The notes under the pieces were generated by a model. That model searched no databases, was not told where the DNA came from, and saw only the letters and a program-made list of their open reading frames with translations. Made by a program: the position numbers and the translations under genes. This document shows, one piece after another, positions 54,460 to 63,702 of a stretch of 64,000 bases of DNA (position 1 is its first letter; the number at the start of each line of letters is the position of its first letter). This DNA is from Gemmatimonadota bacterium (GTDB lineage: Bacteria; Gemmatimonadota; Gemmatimonadetes; Palauibacterales; Palauibacteraceae). The DNA lies in the NCBI GenBank assembly GCA_963666735.1, contig OY762926.1, positions 2,208,001 through 2,272,000 on the forward strand, read 5' to 3'.

Positions 54460-56883
54460 CTAAGGGATGTCAGCCGCCGCGATCTCCTCGAGCACGCGTT
54501 CGGGGCGCAGCGGGAGGCGGCGCATGCGCACGCCCGTCGCGTCGTGGATCGCGTTGGCGACCGCCGCCGGAACCGTGCGGTGCGACGGTTCCCCTGCTCC
54601 GTAGTGAGGCAGGTCGGGGCGATCCGGGTTCGGGTCCCCGTTCACGATCACGACGTCGATCTGCTCGGGCGCATCCCGGTGCGTGATGGTCGGGTGCGTG
54701 CGCCAGTCGACGCTCGTCACCTTCTCGCCGTCGAACCGGACTTCCTCGAACAGGGTCCGGCTGATTCCGTGCAGAAGATTGCCCTGGATCGTGCTCTCGA
54801 GGCCGTCGGGGTTGATCACGAGGCCGCAGTCGTGCGCGCAGACCATGCGCTTCACCCACACGCGCCCGCTTTCGCGGTCGACCTCGACCTCTGCGATCGT
54901 GGCGACCGTCGTCTGGATGCGATACGCGTAGGAGATGCCGCGCCCCGTGAGGATGCGCCCGTCGCCCCGGGCGCGGGGTGAGGGCCGCGCGTCCCAGCCG
55001 TACGCGTCAGCCGCCGCCTCGACGACGGCGATCGAACGGGCCCGGCGGAACGTCGGGTCGTCCTCGTCCGTACCGCGCAGGAGACGGAGGCGGAACTCGA
55101 CCGGATCCGCGTTCGCCGCCGCCGCCAGCTCGTCGATGAACGACTCCCCGGCGAACGCGGTCTGCGGCCCGTTCGGGTCGCGCAGGTTGCCGGTGCGAAG
55201 CGGCGTCTCGAAGGCGAGCGGGAAGCGGACGGCCCGCGTCTCCTCGCGCCGGTTCGAAATGTGGTACATGGCGTCGGGCCCGCGGCCGCCCCCGGGGGAG
55301 GGCCGCTCGGGCCGGATCCCCATGAGTTGGGCGATAAGCACCGTGTCCGCCTGGTTGTAGCCCACGTGCGCGTAGTTGGCGATCCGGGCGCGATAATCGA
55401 GCCCGACCAGGTTGCCGGCGTCATCGAGACCGCCGCGGATGTCGATGGCGAAGGCCGGTCCCTTCGTGTCCCACACCGTCTCCTCGTGCCGCATCCACTG
55501 CACTCGCACGGGTCGGCCCAGCTCCCGGGCCAGGTACGCCGCCTCGAAGCCCGCGTCGTCCGCCGCCGTGCGCCCGTAGAGTTGCGGGCCCTCCATCCAG
55601 ATCACCCGCACCTGCTCCGGCGGCATGCCGAGGAACTCGGCGATCCCCGTGCGGTGGCTGTAGGGCTTCATGTCGTTCGTATAGATCGTCATCTGCCCGT
55701 CCGACGGGTCGGCCACGGCGTGCGCCGGCCCGATCGCCGTGTGCCCCTGGAAGGGGATGTCGTAGCCGGCTTCGACGACCGTCGCCGCGCCGGCGAGCGC
55801 CGCGTCGGGATCGCCTTCCTCACGGGGACGGGGAGGCCCGCCGCCCCCGGCCGCGCCGACCGGGGCCGCGCCGCGCATGTAGTCGAACAGGTCCTCGGAG
55901 GACGGGAAGGGCGCCGTTTCCGGCTTCTCCCACTCGACCGCAAGGCGCTCCGCCGCCTGGATCGCCTGCTCCTCCCGCTCGCAGACGACCGCGACGTAGT
56001 TCCCCTCGCGGAAGACGCGGAGGAGGCCGGGGATGTCGCGCACCGAGGACTCGTCGATCAAGACCAGCCTCGCGCCGGCGAAGGGCGGCCGCACGTTCCG
56101 CGCGTGGACCATGCCGGGGAGCTTCACGTCGACCGCCCACTCGAGCGATCCGTCAACCTTGGCGGGAATGTCGTACCGCGGGATGGACTGGCCGACGATC
56201 TTCAGTTCCTGGACCGGCTTCACGGGCGCGAGGCCGGTCGTCTCGTTGACGTTGCGGCCCGTGAGGGCGACGTCGAAGCGCCGGCCGCCGATCAGGTCGC
56301 CGTACGTGGCCGCGCGCGCCGGATCGTCGGCCACCGAGATCACGCCTTCGTGGACAGTGAGTTCGTCGACCGGAACCTCGAAGCGCTCCGAAGCCATCTC
56401 CAGCAGGACCCGCCGCGCCTCCGCCGCGACCCGCCGCGCCGCCAGTGCGTCCCGCTCGATCGCGTCCGAACCGCCCGAGCCGCCCTGGTCCACGGTCATG
56501 TCCGTCCGGCCCATGACGAGCGTGGCCCGGTCGTACGCGAGATCGAGTTCGTCGCACATCATCTGCCGCATGGCGGTCCCGGTCCCCTGTCCGCCATCGG
56601 TCTTGCCGACGTAGAAGGTCGCCGTGCCGTCCTCGTGCACGACGAGCCACGAGTCGAGCTGGAGGAAGTCCGGATCCGGATACGGGTTGACCGTGTCGGC
56701 GTGGCCGGAGCCGCTCCGGCCGACTCCGGCCACGCCAAAGCCGCCCACGCCAAGGCCGCCCACGCCGCTGAAGCCGAGGACGAAGAGCCCCGAGGTCTTC
56801 AGGAAGTCGCGGCGAGAGCTGATCCCCTCCCACGGGGCCAGAGCCCGGTCCATTCCCGACGGGAACTCCGCGGCGCGCTTCAC
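54460..56883 (-). CDS. Tat-exported molybdopterin-binding subunit (IorB / nicotinate dehydrogenase large subunit-like)
   Basis: SRRDFLK, GQG.GT, GGSGGS, LRDP, ESFIDELA, DCG..INPDG and GAGEP. Confidence 0.92.
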   Translation of the reverse strand: MKRAAEFPSGMDRALAPWEGISSRRDFLKTSGLFVLGFSGVGGLGVGGFGVAGVGRSGSGHADTVNPYPDPDFLQLDSWLVVHEDGTATFYVGKTDGGQGTGTAMRQMMCDELDLAYDRATLVMGRTDMTVDQGGSGGSDAIERDALAARRVAAEARRVLLEMASERFEVPVDELTVHEGVISVADDPARAATYGDLIGGRRFDVALTGRNVNETTGLAPVKPVQELKIVGQSIPRYDIPAKVDGSLEWAVDVKLPGMVHARNVRPPFAGARLVLIDESSVRDIPGLLRVFREGNYVAVVCEREEQAIQAAERLAVEWEKPETAPFPSSEDLFDYMRGAAPVGAAGGGGPPRPREEGDPDAALAGAATVVEAGYDIPFQGHTAIGPAHAVADPSDGQMTIYTNDMKPYSHRTGIAEFLGMPPEQVRVIWMEGPQLYGRTAADDAGFEAAYLARELGRPVRVQWMRHEETVWDTKGPAFAIDIRGGLDDAGNLVGLDYRARIANYAHVGYNQADTVLIAQLMGIRPERPSPGGGRGPDAMYHISNRREETRAVRFPLAFETPLRTGNLRDPNGPQTAFAGESFIDELAAAANADPVEFRLRLLRGTDEDDPTFRRARSIAVVEAAADAYGWDARPSPRARGDGRILTGRGISYAYRIQTTVATIAEVEVDRESGRVWVKRMVCAHDCGLVINPDGLESTIQGNLLHGISRTLFEEVRFDGEKVTSVDWRTHPTITHRDAPEQIDVVIVNGDPNPDRPDLPHYGAGEPSHRTVPAAVANAIHDATGVRMRRLPLRPERVLEEIAAADIP

Positions 56884-57362
56884 CGGCCCACCTCACCGCC
56901 GGACTCGGCGGCCATCGCATCCGAGGCGCGCCTCACGGCAGACTGGATCCGGTAGTACGTCATGCAGCGGCAGAGGGCGCCGTTCATCCCCTGCCGGATC
57001 TCCTCGTCGCTGGGCGTCGGATTGCGGTCGAGCAGGGCCTTGGCGGTGAGGATCTGGCCGTTCTGGCAGTACCCGCACTGGGGCACCTGTTCGTCGATCC
57101 ACGCCTGCTGGACCGGATCCGGTTCGCCATCGGCCGAAAGCCCCTCGAGCGTGGTGATTTCGCCGGTCGCGCGGGATACCGGCCGCATGCAGGAGCGGAT
57201 CGCGCGCCCGTCCATGAGCACGGTGCACGTCCCGCACTGGCCGAGGCCGCAGCCGAATCGCGGCCCCCGCAGTCCGAGATCGTTCCGGAGCACGTAGAGC
57301 AGCGTCGTCGAGGGATCCACATCGACCGTATGCGTCTCGCCGTTCACCCGCAGCGTGATCAC
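56880..57362 (-). CDS. (2Fe-2S)-binding subunit (IorA-like)
   Basis: FGCGLGQCGTC, RSC, QCGYCQNG and LCRC. Confidence 0.95.
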   Translation of the reverse strand: MITLRVNGETHTVDVDPSTTLLYVLRNDLGLRGPRFGCGLGQCGTCTVLMDGRAIRSCMRPVSRATGEITTLEGLSADGEPDPVQQAWIDEQVPQCGYCQNGQILTAKALLDRNPTPSDEEIRQGMNGALCRCMTYYRIQSAVRRASDAMAAESGGEVGR

Positions 57363-58888
57363 GGAGCGACGCACTCGAAGCTGTCCTCGCGCTTCGGGTC
57401 GCCGGTGCCGTTGTAGGCGGCGTAGGCCGGCCACGGGCACACGGGCCGCTGCATCTCGACGCCGCTCTCGCCGAACTTCGTCGCCACGAGCCGCTCGGGG
57501 GCCTCATCCGCCTCGACCCACGACTGGATGGCGGCGATCCAGTCGACGAAGTCCGGGCCCGGACCGCCCGCGCAGTGCAGCACGCCGGGCAGCATGAACA
57601 ATCGTGTGTATTCATCCGCCTCCTCGTCGCCGGCGGCCACGCCCTCGTAGTAGTCGATCGTGCCGCTGGCCGGGATCGCGGAGTCCGACCAGCCGGTCCA
57701 GAGGATCAGCTTGCCGCCCGCCGTCCTGAACCCGCTCAGGTCCGTGTCCGTCGCGTTGAGGAGCCCTCGGGCGCGGCGCGTGTCCTCCTCCCACGCGAAG
57801 TAGTCGCTGAAATCGTACGTGGAGTAGTCGAAGTCCGGATCGTCGAAGATGATGTACTTGTACATCTGGGTGCCGAAGGCATAGTGGAGGTTCGGTCCGC
57901 CCGGGCCCAACTGCATCTCCCGCCCCGTGACCCACAGCTTCCACCCGCCCTGGTCCGTCTCGCCTCCGAAGGGGAGCCCCGGATAGATGTGCCGGTCTCC
58001 GGCGCGGGCGCCGCCGTAGATCACCTCCGCCGCCGCCCGCTGCTCGTCCGTAAGCCCCTCGATCGCGCCGAGGTCGACGTCGCATGCCGCGGGGTTCGTC
58101 ATGAACCCGTCTTCCACGCCGTCGTTCCCGTCGCACGCCGCGAGGATCGCCGCTTCGAGGATCGCCGCGGCCTCGTCGGTGATGACCGGACTCGCGAGGT
58201 CGTTCGGATCCGGATACAGAGCCTGCTGTGTCTGGAGAAAGAAGGCGCCCAGACCGGGCCAGTCGTAGGCGGGGGCCCCCGCCACGATGCCGTCGAAGTC
58301 GTCCGGATAGCGCTGCGACGACATCATCGCCTGGCCGCCGCCGCGGGAGCAGCCGATGAAATACGAATACTCGATGTCGCGGCCGTAGAAGAGCCGAACG
58401 ATGGTCTTCGCGGTTTCCGCCGTCACGTGCACCGCCCGGTGGCCGAAGTTCACCTCGCGGTCGGGCCGGTCCAGCGCCCAGCTCGCATCGATGCCCGGCC
58501 CCTGGTGTCCCGTGTCCGTCCCCGCCGTGGCGAAGCCGCGAGTCAGCACCGAGACCGGCCCGGCGAACTGGAGCGCCTGGTTCTGGACGCTCCCCACGAA
58601 CCCGCCTCCGCCGCCCATGAGGAAGCGGCCGTTCCACTCCTCGGCCAATGGGAGGAGGAGTTCGAAGTGGATCTCCGCGTCGATCGTCCCGCGTACGCGG
58701 CAGTGGGCCGGATCGTTCGCGCCGGCCTCGACCTCCGACACATCGTCCAGCACGAAGCCGCTCCACGACATGGAGGTCAGCTGGTCACAGGTGAGGGCGG
58801 GCACGAGGTCGGCCGCGGGGGCGGGGGTGAAGGCGGCCAGGATCAGGACGGCGGCAGACGAAACCGCGAAGCGGCGCGACGGAGTCAT
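57359..58888 (-). CDS. Secreted tannase / feruloyl esterase family hydrolase
   Basis: WNGRF..GGGG, TDTGH, GCSRGG, YPDDFDG, G.SD, PG..HC.GG and RP.CPWP. Confidence 0.93.
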   Translation of the reverse strand: MTPSRRFAVSSAAVLILAAFTPAPAADLVPALTCDQLTSMSWSGFVLDDVSEVEAGANDPAHCRVRGTIDAEIHFELLLPLAEEWNGRFLMGGGGGFVGSVQNQALQFAGPVSVLTRGFATAGTDTGHQGPGIDASWALDRPDREVNFGHRAVHVTAETAKTIVRLFYGRDIEYSYFIGCSRGGGQAMMSSQRYPDDFDGIVAGAPAYDWPGLGAFFLQTQQALYPDPNDLASPVITDEAAAILEAAILAACDGNDGVEDGFMTNPAACDVDLGAIEGLTDEQRAAAEVIYGGARAGDRHIYPGLPFGGETDQGGWKLWVTGREMQLGPGGPNLHYAFGTQMYKYIIFDDPDFDYSTYDFSDYFAWEEDTRRARGLLNATDTDLSGFRTAGGKLILWTGWSDSAIPASGTIDYYEGVAAGDEEADEYTRLFMLPGVLHCAGGPGPDFVDWIAAIQSWVEADEAPERLVATKFGESGVEMQRPVCPWPAYAAYNGTGDPKREDSFECVAP

Positions 58889-59030
58889 TTGTTTCCCCGG
58901 GTCGGAGTGTCCCGCGACTGGCACCTCCGAGCGCGACCCGCGGGCCAGGGCTCGGAGGCGCGACCGAACAGAGTTACGGTGCCGTCGGGGACGCCGGGCC
59001 GCAACGGTCTCCGGGCCCGGGGTCGCGGAT

Positions 59031-60533
59031 TCAGTGCGGCTTGTCGGGCCAGCGAAGACGGACCTTGTGCGCACCCATGTGGGTCTGGAAGATCTGCTCC
59101 GCCTCGTCGTGCGTGATCTCGCCTGCCTCGACGGCCGTGCGGAGCCGGCGAACCTCCATGGCCAACTCGGTGGTCATCTCATCCAACTCATCCAACCCTG
59201 GACCTGACCATTCCTTCAAGTGCTTCCTCACGGTTGCCATACGCAACCACAGATCCCCGGGGATCGTTTCACCCTTGGGGATCATCGCTTTCGTGAGTTC
59301 CCCCGCTCGCAGGCGCTCCGCCAGATTCTCGCGTACACGCTCCATGCGCTCGAGCGTTGCGCGGATTTCCGCTTCGGCTTCCGGGTCGAGCTTGAGGGCC
59401 TGGAAGGTTCCGTCTTCGCGTACGTACCCGACGCCCGCTTCCGGATCGACCGCCCATTTCCCCGAGTGGACCAGGTGGTTTCCATCCTCGTCCACGTACC
59501 CGGTCTCCGCTTCCAGGCCGGAACCCGCGCGCGGGCCGACAGTGGTTTCCGCGCCAATGATTCCTTCCACGCCGACGACGCCTTCCAGACGGGAGGCGCG
59601 CTCGGGCTCGCCCGGGCTCTGCGGGATCGGGGTGTCGCAGGCCAGCGCGAACAGTCCCAGCCCGGCGGCGGCGGCCATGATGGCAGCCCGGATTCGGGGC
59701 TTTCTCGTCGCAGTGCTGATCATCATGAGTCTCCTTTCGATTGCAGGGTGGCCGCCACGAATCAGGGCCGGCACCGTATCCGGCGTCCACCGGCACCCGG
59801 CGGCGACCGTCAAGAGAAGGCGCGCGTAGCTTTGCGCCGGTGTGCCACGGGCCAGAACGCGGCGGTCGCAGTCTCCCTCGACGGCGAAGCGGAGCCGTGC
59901 CATCAACCACCAGACCGCGGGATTCCAGGGCGAGAGCGAGGCGAGCAGGAGCCCCGTCGCCAGGAGTACCGGATCGCGCGCCCGCACATGCTCCCGTTCG
60001 TGGAGGACGACCATCTCGAGTTCCCTCTCGCCGAGGCCGAAGGTCCACGACGGAAGGACGATCCAGGACCGGATCAGCCCCACGACCGCCGGCCCGAACC
60101 GCTCCGACCGCAGGACTTCCTCTCCGCAGACCTCCCGGGGCTCCCACCTCGCCCGCAGCCGCCGGAGCCGGAGGCAAAACAGGGCAAGAAATATGAGGAC
60201 GAGTACCGAGCCCAGGATCCAGACGGCTCCGAGAGCGTCCTCCAGCCGCATCCCGGCGAGCACGTTCCCACTCTGTACCGGGATCGCGGCTCCCGGCGTC
60301 CCGAGTTCGTACAGGGCGTGGACGGGAATAGCGAGCGGTCCGGGACCGTCCGTGGTTGCCGCGGCGGGGAGGAGCCGGGGGAAGAACGGCGCCGGTCCGC
60401 CGACCCCGAGGGCGCCGATCCAGACCCACCGGGTCGGCCGACCGAGGGCCCGCAGACCGCGATCGAGGAACCACGCGGCCCCGGCGACGAGGACGGCGAC
60501 GATCAGTCCGTAGATCATCGTGGCCAGTGTCAT
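59031..60533 (-). CDS. BlaR1/MecR1-like M56 metallopeptidase with non-PBP C-terminal domain
   Basis: N-terminal TM helices, GPAVVG, HEREH (HExxH), PWNP..WW, E..CD..VL, Y..LL and IERRL. Confidence 0.92.
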   Translation of the reverse strand: MTLATMIYGLIVAVLVAGAAWFLDRGLRALGRPTRWVWIGALGVGGPAPFFPRLLPAAATTDGPGPLAIPVHALYELGTPGAAIPVQSGNVLAGMRLEDALGAVWILGSVLVLIFLALFCLRLRRLRARWEPREVCGEEVLRSERFGPAVVGLIRSWIVLPSWTFGLGERELEMVVLHEREHVRARDPVLLATGLLLASLSPWNPAVWWLMARLRFAVEGDCDRRVLARGTPAQSYARLLLTVAAGCRWTPDTVPALIRGGHPAIERRLMMISTATRKPRIRAAIMAAAAGLGLFALACDTPIPQSPGEPERASRLEGVVGVEGIIGAETTVGPRAGSGLEAETGYVDEDGNHLVHSGKWAVDPEAGVGYVREDGTFQALKLDPEAEAEIRATLERMERVRENLAERLRAGELTKAMIPKGETIPGDLWLRMATVRKHLKEWSGPGLDELDEMTTELAMEVRRLRTAVEAGEITHDEAEQIFQTHMGAHKVRLRWPDKPH

Positions 60534-60904
60534 GGCTCGCTCTCCTCCAGTTCATCGAGGATCCGCCGCATGCGCTCCAGTTCTTCCGGCGAGACCTCGC
60601 GGCCCGAGATGAGTTGCGCGAGCACGAGTTCCGCCGACCCGCCGAAGATCTTGTCCCGGATCCGGGACAGGGCCGTCTCTCCGGCCGTATCGGAGGCGAC
60701 GAGCGGGAAGTAGCGATACGCGCGACCCTCGACCTCGTGCCGGACGGCGCCCTTTTTCTCCAGGATCTGGAGGATCTTGAGCACCGTCGTGTAGCCGACC
60801 CCGTCGTCGAGCGCGTCCTGAACCTCGCTCACCGAACCGGACCCCCTGCGCCACAAGACGCTCATGATGTCCAGTTCCCGGTCGCTGAATGTCGGGTCTC
60901 TCAA
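60530..60904 (-). CDS. BlaI/MecI/CopY-family repressor
   Basis: SDRELDIMSVLW, YTTVL..LQILE.KG.V, GRAYRY.P and FGGS; probable TTG start at 60904. Confidence 0.93.
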   Translation of the reverse strand: MRDPTFSDRELDIMSVLWRRGSGSVSEVQDALDDGVGYTTVLKILQILEKKGAVRHEVEGRAYRYFPLVASDTAGETALSRIRDKIFGGSAELVLAQLISGREVSPEELERMRRILDELEESEP

Positions 60905-60954
60905 GGTCTGACCCCCTTGCCGGCCCTTGTTGGCTACGTCGCGGTCCAGCCATA

Positions 60955-61017
60955 TACGAACATCTTCGTACGAGAGGATACGTGGCTCTGCCCTCGCTGT
61001 CAACGAAGATCTTCGTA
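60955..61017 (-). promoter_or_regulatory. Sigma70 promoter (TTGACA-N17-TATCCT) bracketed by two palindromic BlaI-type operators
   Basis: On the minus strand -35 is at 61003-60998 and -10 at 60980-60975; TACGAACATCTTCGTA at 60955-60970 and AACGAAGATCTTCGTA at 61002-61017. Confidence 0.8.
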
Positions 61018-62346
61018 AAAGGAGAAGCCGGGAGTCGATTCGATCGTGCGGCCATCGTCCGCTCGTCCGGGGAAGGATCCCTGGACCACCCGTCTCGGGA
61101 GCCGCGGATTCATGGACTGGATGATGCCGAGAAATCCGAGTCCCGTCCGCTCGGCGACGGAGTGGGGTAGCACGGACGGATGATCGGGGCCGATGAGGGT
61201 GGCGACGTCGCCGACTTGGACCGTCTTCTCCGGACCGATGTCGAGCATCGTGTGCGCGGAGTTGACCCCTCCGGCGACCGGGTACGGACGGCCGTTAATC
61301 AGCACTTCGCAGGTTCCGTTCGCCCGGGACGGATAGCCATCGGTGCGGCCGACCGGCAGCAGCGCCACCCAGGTGGCCCGGCCGGGCATGAAGGTGCGGT
61401 TGAAGCCCGCGCTGTCGCCCGGCTCGAGGCGTTCGACCCGCACCACCCGCGCGTTCAGGCGGAACACGGGCTTCAGGTCGGCCATTTCCTTCGCACCTTC
61501 GCCGCCGGGGTGGTTCCCGAACAGCGCGTTCCCGGGCCGCACCATGTCGTAGTGCGCCTCGGGCAGGTGGAACAGCTCGAACGACGGTGAAGCGTGAAGG
61601 GTACCGAGCGGGAGGTTCCTCTCACGGGCCCAACCGAGGAGTTCCTCGAAGCGGGCGTACTGCTCCCGGTCGAAATCCAGGTCGTGTGTGAACATGGTGT
61701 AGGTGCCGTTCACGTCGACGTATTCGCTCTGGACGAGTTCCTCGATCCAGCGGCCGGCGCGCGTGTACGGCATTCCCTCCCGGTTCATCCCCGTGTCGAT
61801 GAAGAGCTGGACGGGTACGGGACGGCCCAGGCGCCCGGCCACGCTCCGCAGCCGCGCCGGCGCGTCGTCCAGCCAGACGGACGGGAGCACGTCGTGCCTC
61901 GCCAGCTCCTCGATCTCGTCCTCGGATCCCTCGGCCATAACCACGATGGGTTTGGCCACGCCTTCCTCCCGCATGGCGAGCGCTTCCTCGACGCGCACGG
62001 AGGCGATGCCGCCCACCTGGGGCATTCCGGCGAGGAGCGGCCCGACCGCACGGTCGCCCAGGCCGTACGCGTTGTTCTTCACGACCGCGAGGATGGGGCG
62101 GCCGCCCGCGAGCCGCGCGGCCTCGCGGACGTTGTGGGCCCAGGCGGCGCGGTCGAGTTCGATCCACGGGTCGAAGCGCTGTGGAGTCCAGGTGCGGCCG
62201 GTCGTGGAAGCGGCAGGCAGCCGGCCGGCGCCGGTACCGCGCGTCCTCATAGCTGTGGCGCAGCCGGAAGTTGCGGCGAGACCGAGGGCAGTGCCGGCCA
62301 GGCGGAGGAAGCGGCGGCGCGGGAGAGGGAATAACGGGCGATCCAT
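61000..62346 (-). CDS. Tat-exported alanine-racemase-fold (type III PLP) enzyme
   Basis: RRRFL twin-arginine motif, lipobox-like TSGC, AVVKNNAYG (PLP Lys), DTGMNREG, DMVRPG and G.TDGY. Confidence 0.88.
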   Translation of the reverse strand: MDRPLFPLPRRRFLRLAGTALGLAATSGCATAMRTRGTGAGRLPAASTTGRTWTPQRFDPWIELDRAAWAHNVREAARLAGGRPILAVVKNNAYGLGDRAVGPLLAGMPQVGGIASVRVEEALAMREEGVAKPIVVMAEGSEDEIEELARHDVLPSVWLDDAPARLRSVAGRLGRPVPVQLFIDTGMNREGMPYTRAGRWIEELVQSEYVDVNGTYTMFTHDLDFDREQYARFEELLGWARERNLPLGTLHASPSFELFHLPEAHYDMVRPGNALFGNHPGGEGAKEMADLKPVFRLNARVVRVERLEPGDSAGFNRTFMPGRATWVALLPVGRTDGYPSRANGTCEVLINGRPYPVAGGVNSAHTMLDIGPEKTVQVGDVATLIGPDHPSVLPHSVAERTGLGFLGIIQSMNPRLPRRVVQGSFPGRADDGRTIESTPGFSFYEDLR

Positions 62347-62426
62347 GGGCCCTCCGGGCTCAGCGGGGTGGTGCAAGGTTGACCTCCACGTTGCCTTCTT
62401 TTTCCCGAAGACACTACGCTTCGGCC

Positions 62427-62609
62427 ATGAGCACCATCAACATCCCGCTCCCCGCTCGGCTGAAGTCATTTGTCGACGAACAGGTCCGAGACCGCCAGAT
62501 CCTTCGAGGTCTCCTGCTCGAAGGTCGTGAGTCCGCTCCCGACGTCACTGCCGGTCGGGCCTGCTTCGAGACGTTACGCGGCCGGATTCGGCGACACTCC
62601 CCGGAGTGA
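62427..62609 (+). pseudogene. Internally deleted ParD-like (RHH) antitoxin remnant, no toxin
   Basis: MSTINIPLP..LKSFVDEQV is joined directly to RDRQILRGLLLEG; the usual GY...SEYVRELIR helix is missing. Confidence 0.65.
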
Positions 62610-63702
62610 CGCCGGAACCCCCCACGCCGAGGACCGCAGTTCGGCCGACGCGTACCGTCCCGACGTATGTCTGGACGATCCTGGCTTTGGCGGGAGGGCT
62701 GGCCGCGGGCGGGGTCTTCCCCGGGCCGTTGGCGCCGGTGGCGAGCGCCGCGTCGACGCTCATCGCCTGGGTTGTCGCCGTCGTGCCGCTGCTCATTATG
62801 GCGGCCCTCAGTCCGGCCATCGCGACTCTGGTGCGGCGTGGACCGAAGCCGCGGCCATGCTTCGGAGCCTCGGGGAAGGCGGGGCCTCCTGGCCGCTGCT
62901 CGCGATTCTCGCCGGAATCCTGCTCGGAGCCCTCGGCGCCCGGCACCATGCCACCTACCGGGTGCTGCGGCGGGTCGCCGACGCGACCGAGCGGGCAGGC
63001 GGCAGGCTGGCCTACGTCATGCTCCCGCTCATCCTCGCCTTCGGCGTCACCCTGGGCGTGCGCTTCGGTGGGAGTCTGGGGCTCTCCCACTACCTGACGA
63101 TGGCCGCCTATACGGGCGCCCTCGTCCTTGTCTGGTGGGCATTCTACACCTTCGTGCTCGTGCGCGGGATCGGGCGTCGGCCCGTGGGACCCGTCCTGAG
63201 GGAGTACTACGTGCCGACCGCGGTCTTCGCCGCGGGCACCTGTTCGTCGCTCGCAACGCTCCCCGTGAACCTCGCCAACGCGAAGAAGGTCGGCGTCCGC
63301 GACGAGGTGGCCGACTTCGTCCTCCCATTCGGCGCAGTGGCGAACCTCGACGCCAGCGCGCTGGCCTACATCGCGTACGGACCCTTCGTCGTGAGCTATG
63401 TCTTCGGTCTGGAACTGAGCTGGATGATGATGCTTGCCGCCTGGCCGGCCGTCGTCCTGTTCACGATCGCCGCTCCCGGGCTCCCGGCCGGGATGGGGAC
63501 CGCGCTGTGGAGCGCGACGCTGTTCGCGAGCATCCTTAGGCTCGAGGGACAGGCGCAGGGAGAGTTCATCGCGAGCTGGATCGCGCTCTCCGGCGGCATC
63601 CCCGACATGCTGCGCACCGCGACGAACGCGACCGGAGACGGCTACACGGCGATCATCTTCGATGGCCGTTTCGACCGGTTCTTCGCGAGGGACCGTGGCT
63701 GA
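62606..63702 (+). pseudogene. Dicarboxylate/amino acid:cation symporter, frameshifted near 62840
   Basis: N-terminal TM segments lie in the 62606 frame (to ...ATLVRRG); the remainder (TCSSLATLP, LPFGAVANLD, DMLRTATN.TGD) lies in the frame ending at 63702. Confidence 0.78.

Noticed and set aside
56720..56775. 15-bp repeats encoding GVGGLGVGGFGV in the Moco subunit signal region
   Set aside because: Low-complexity in-frame variation in a signal peptide; no evident functional meaning.
58889..59030. Possible Moco riboswitch (CCTCCGAGC...GCTCGGAGG hairpin) upstream of the Mo-enzyme operon
   Set aside because: Only a simple inverted repeat is visible and the other conserved Moco RNA elements were not found; an Rfam scan would settle it.
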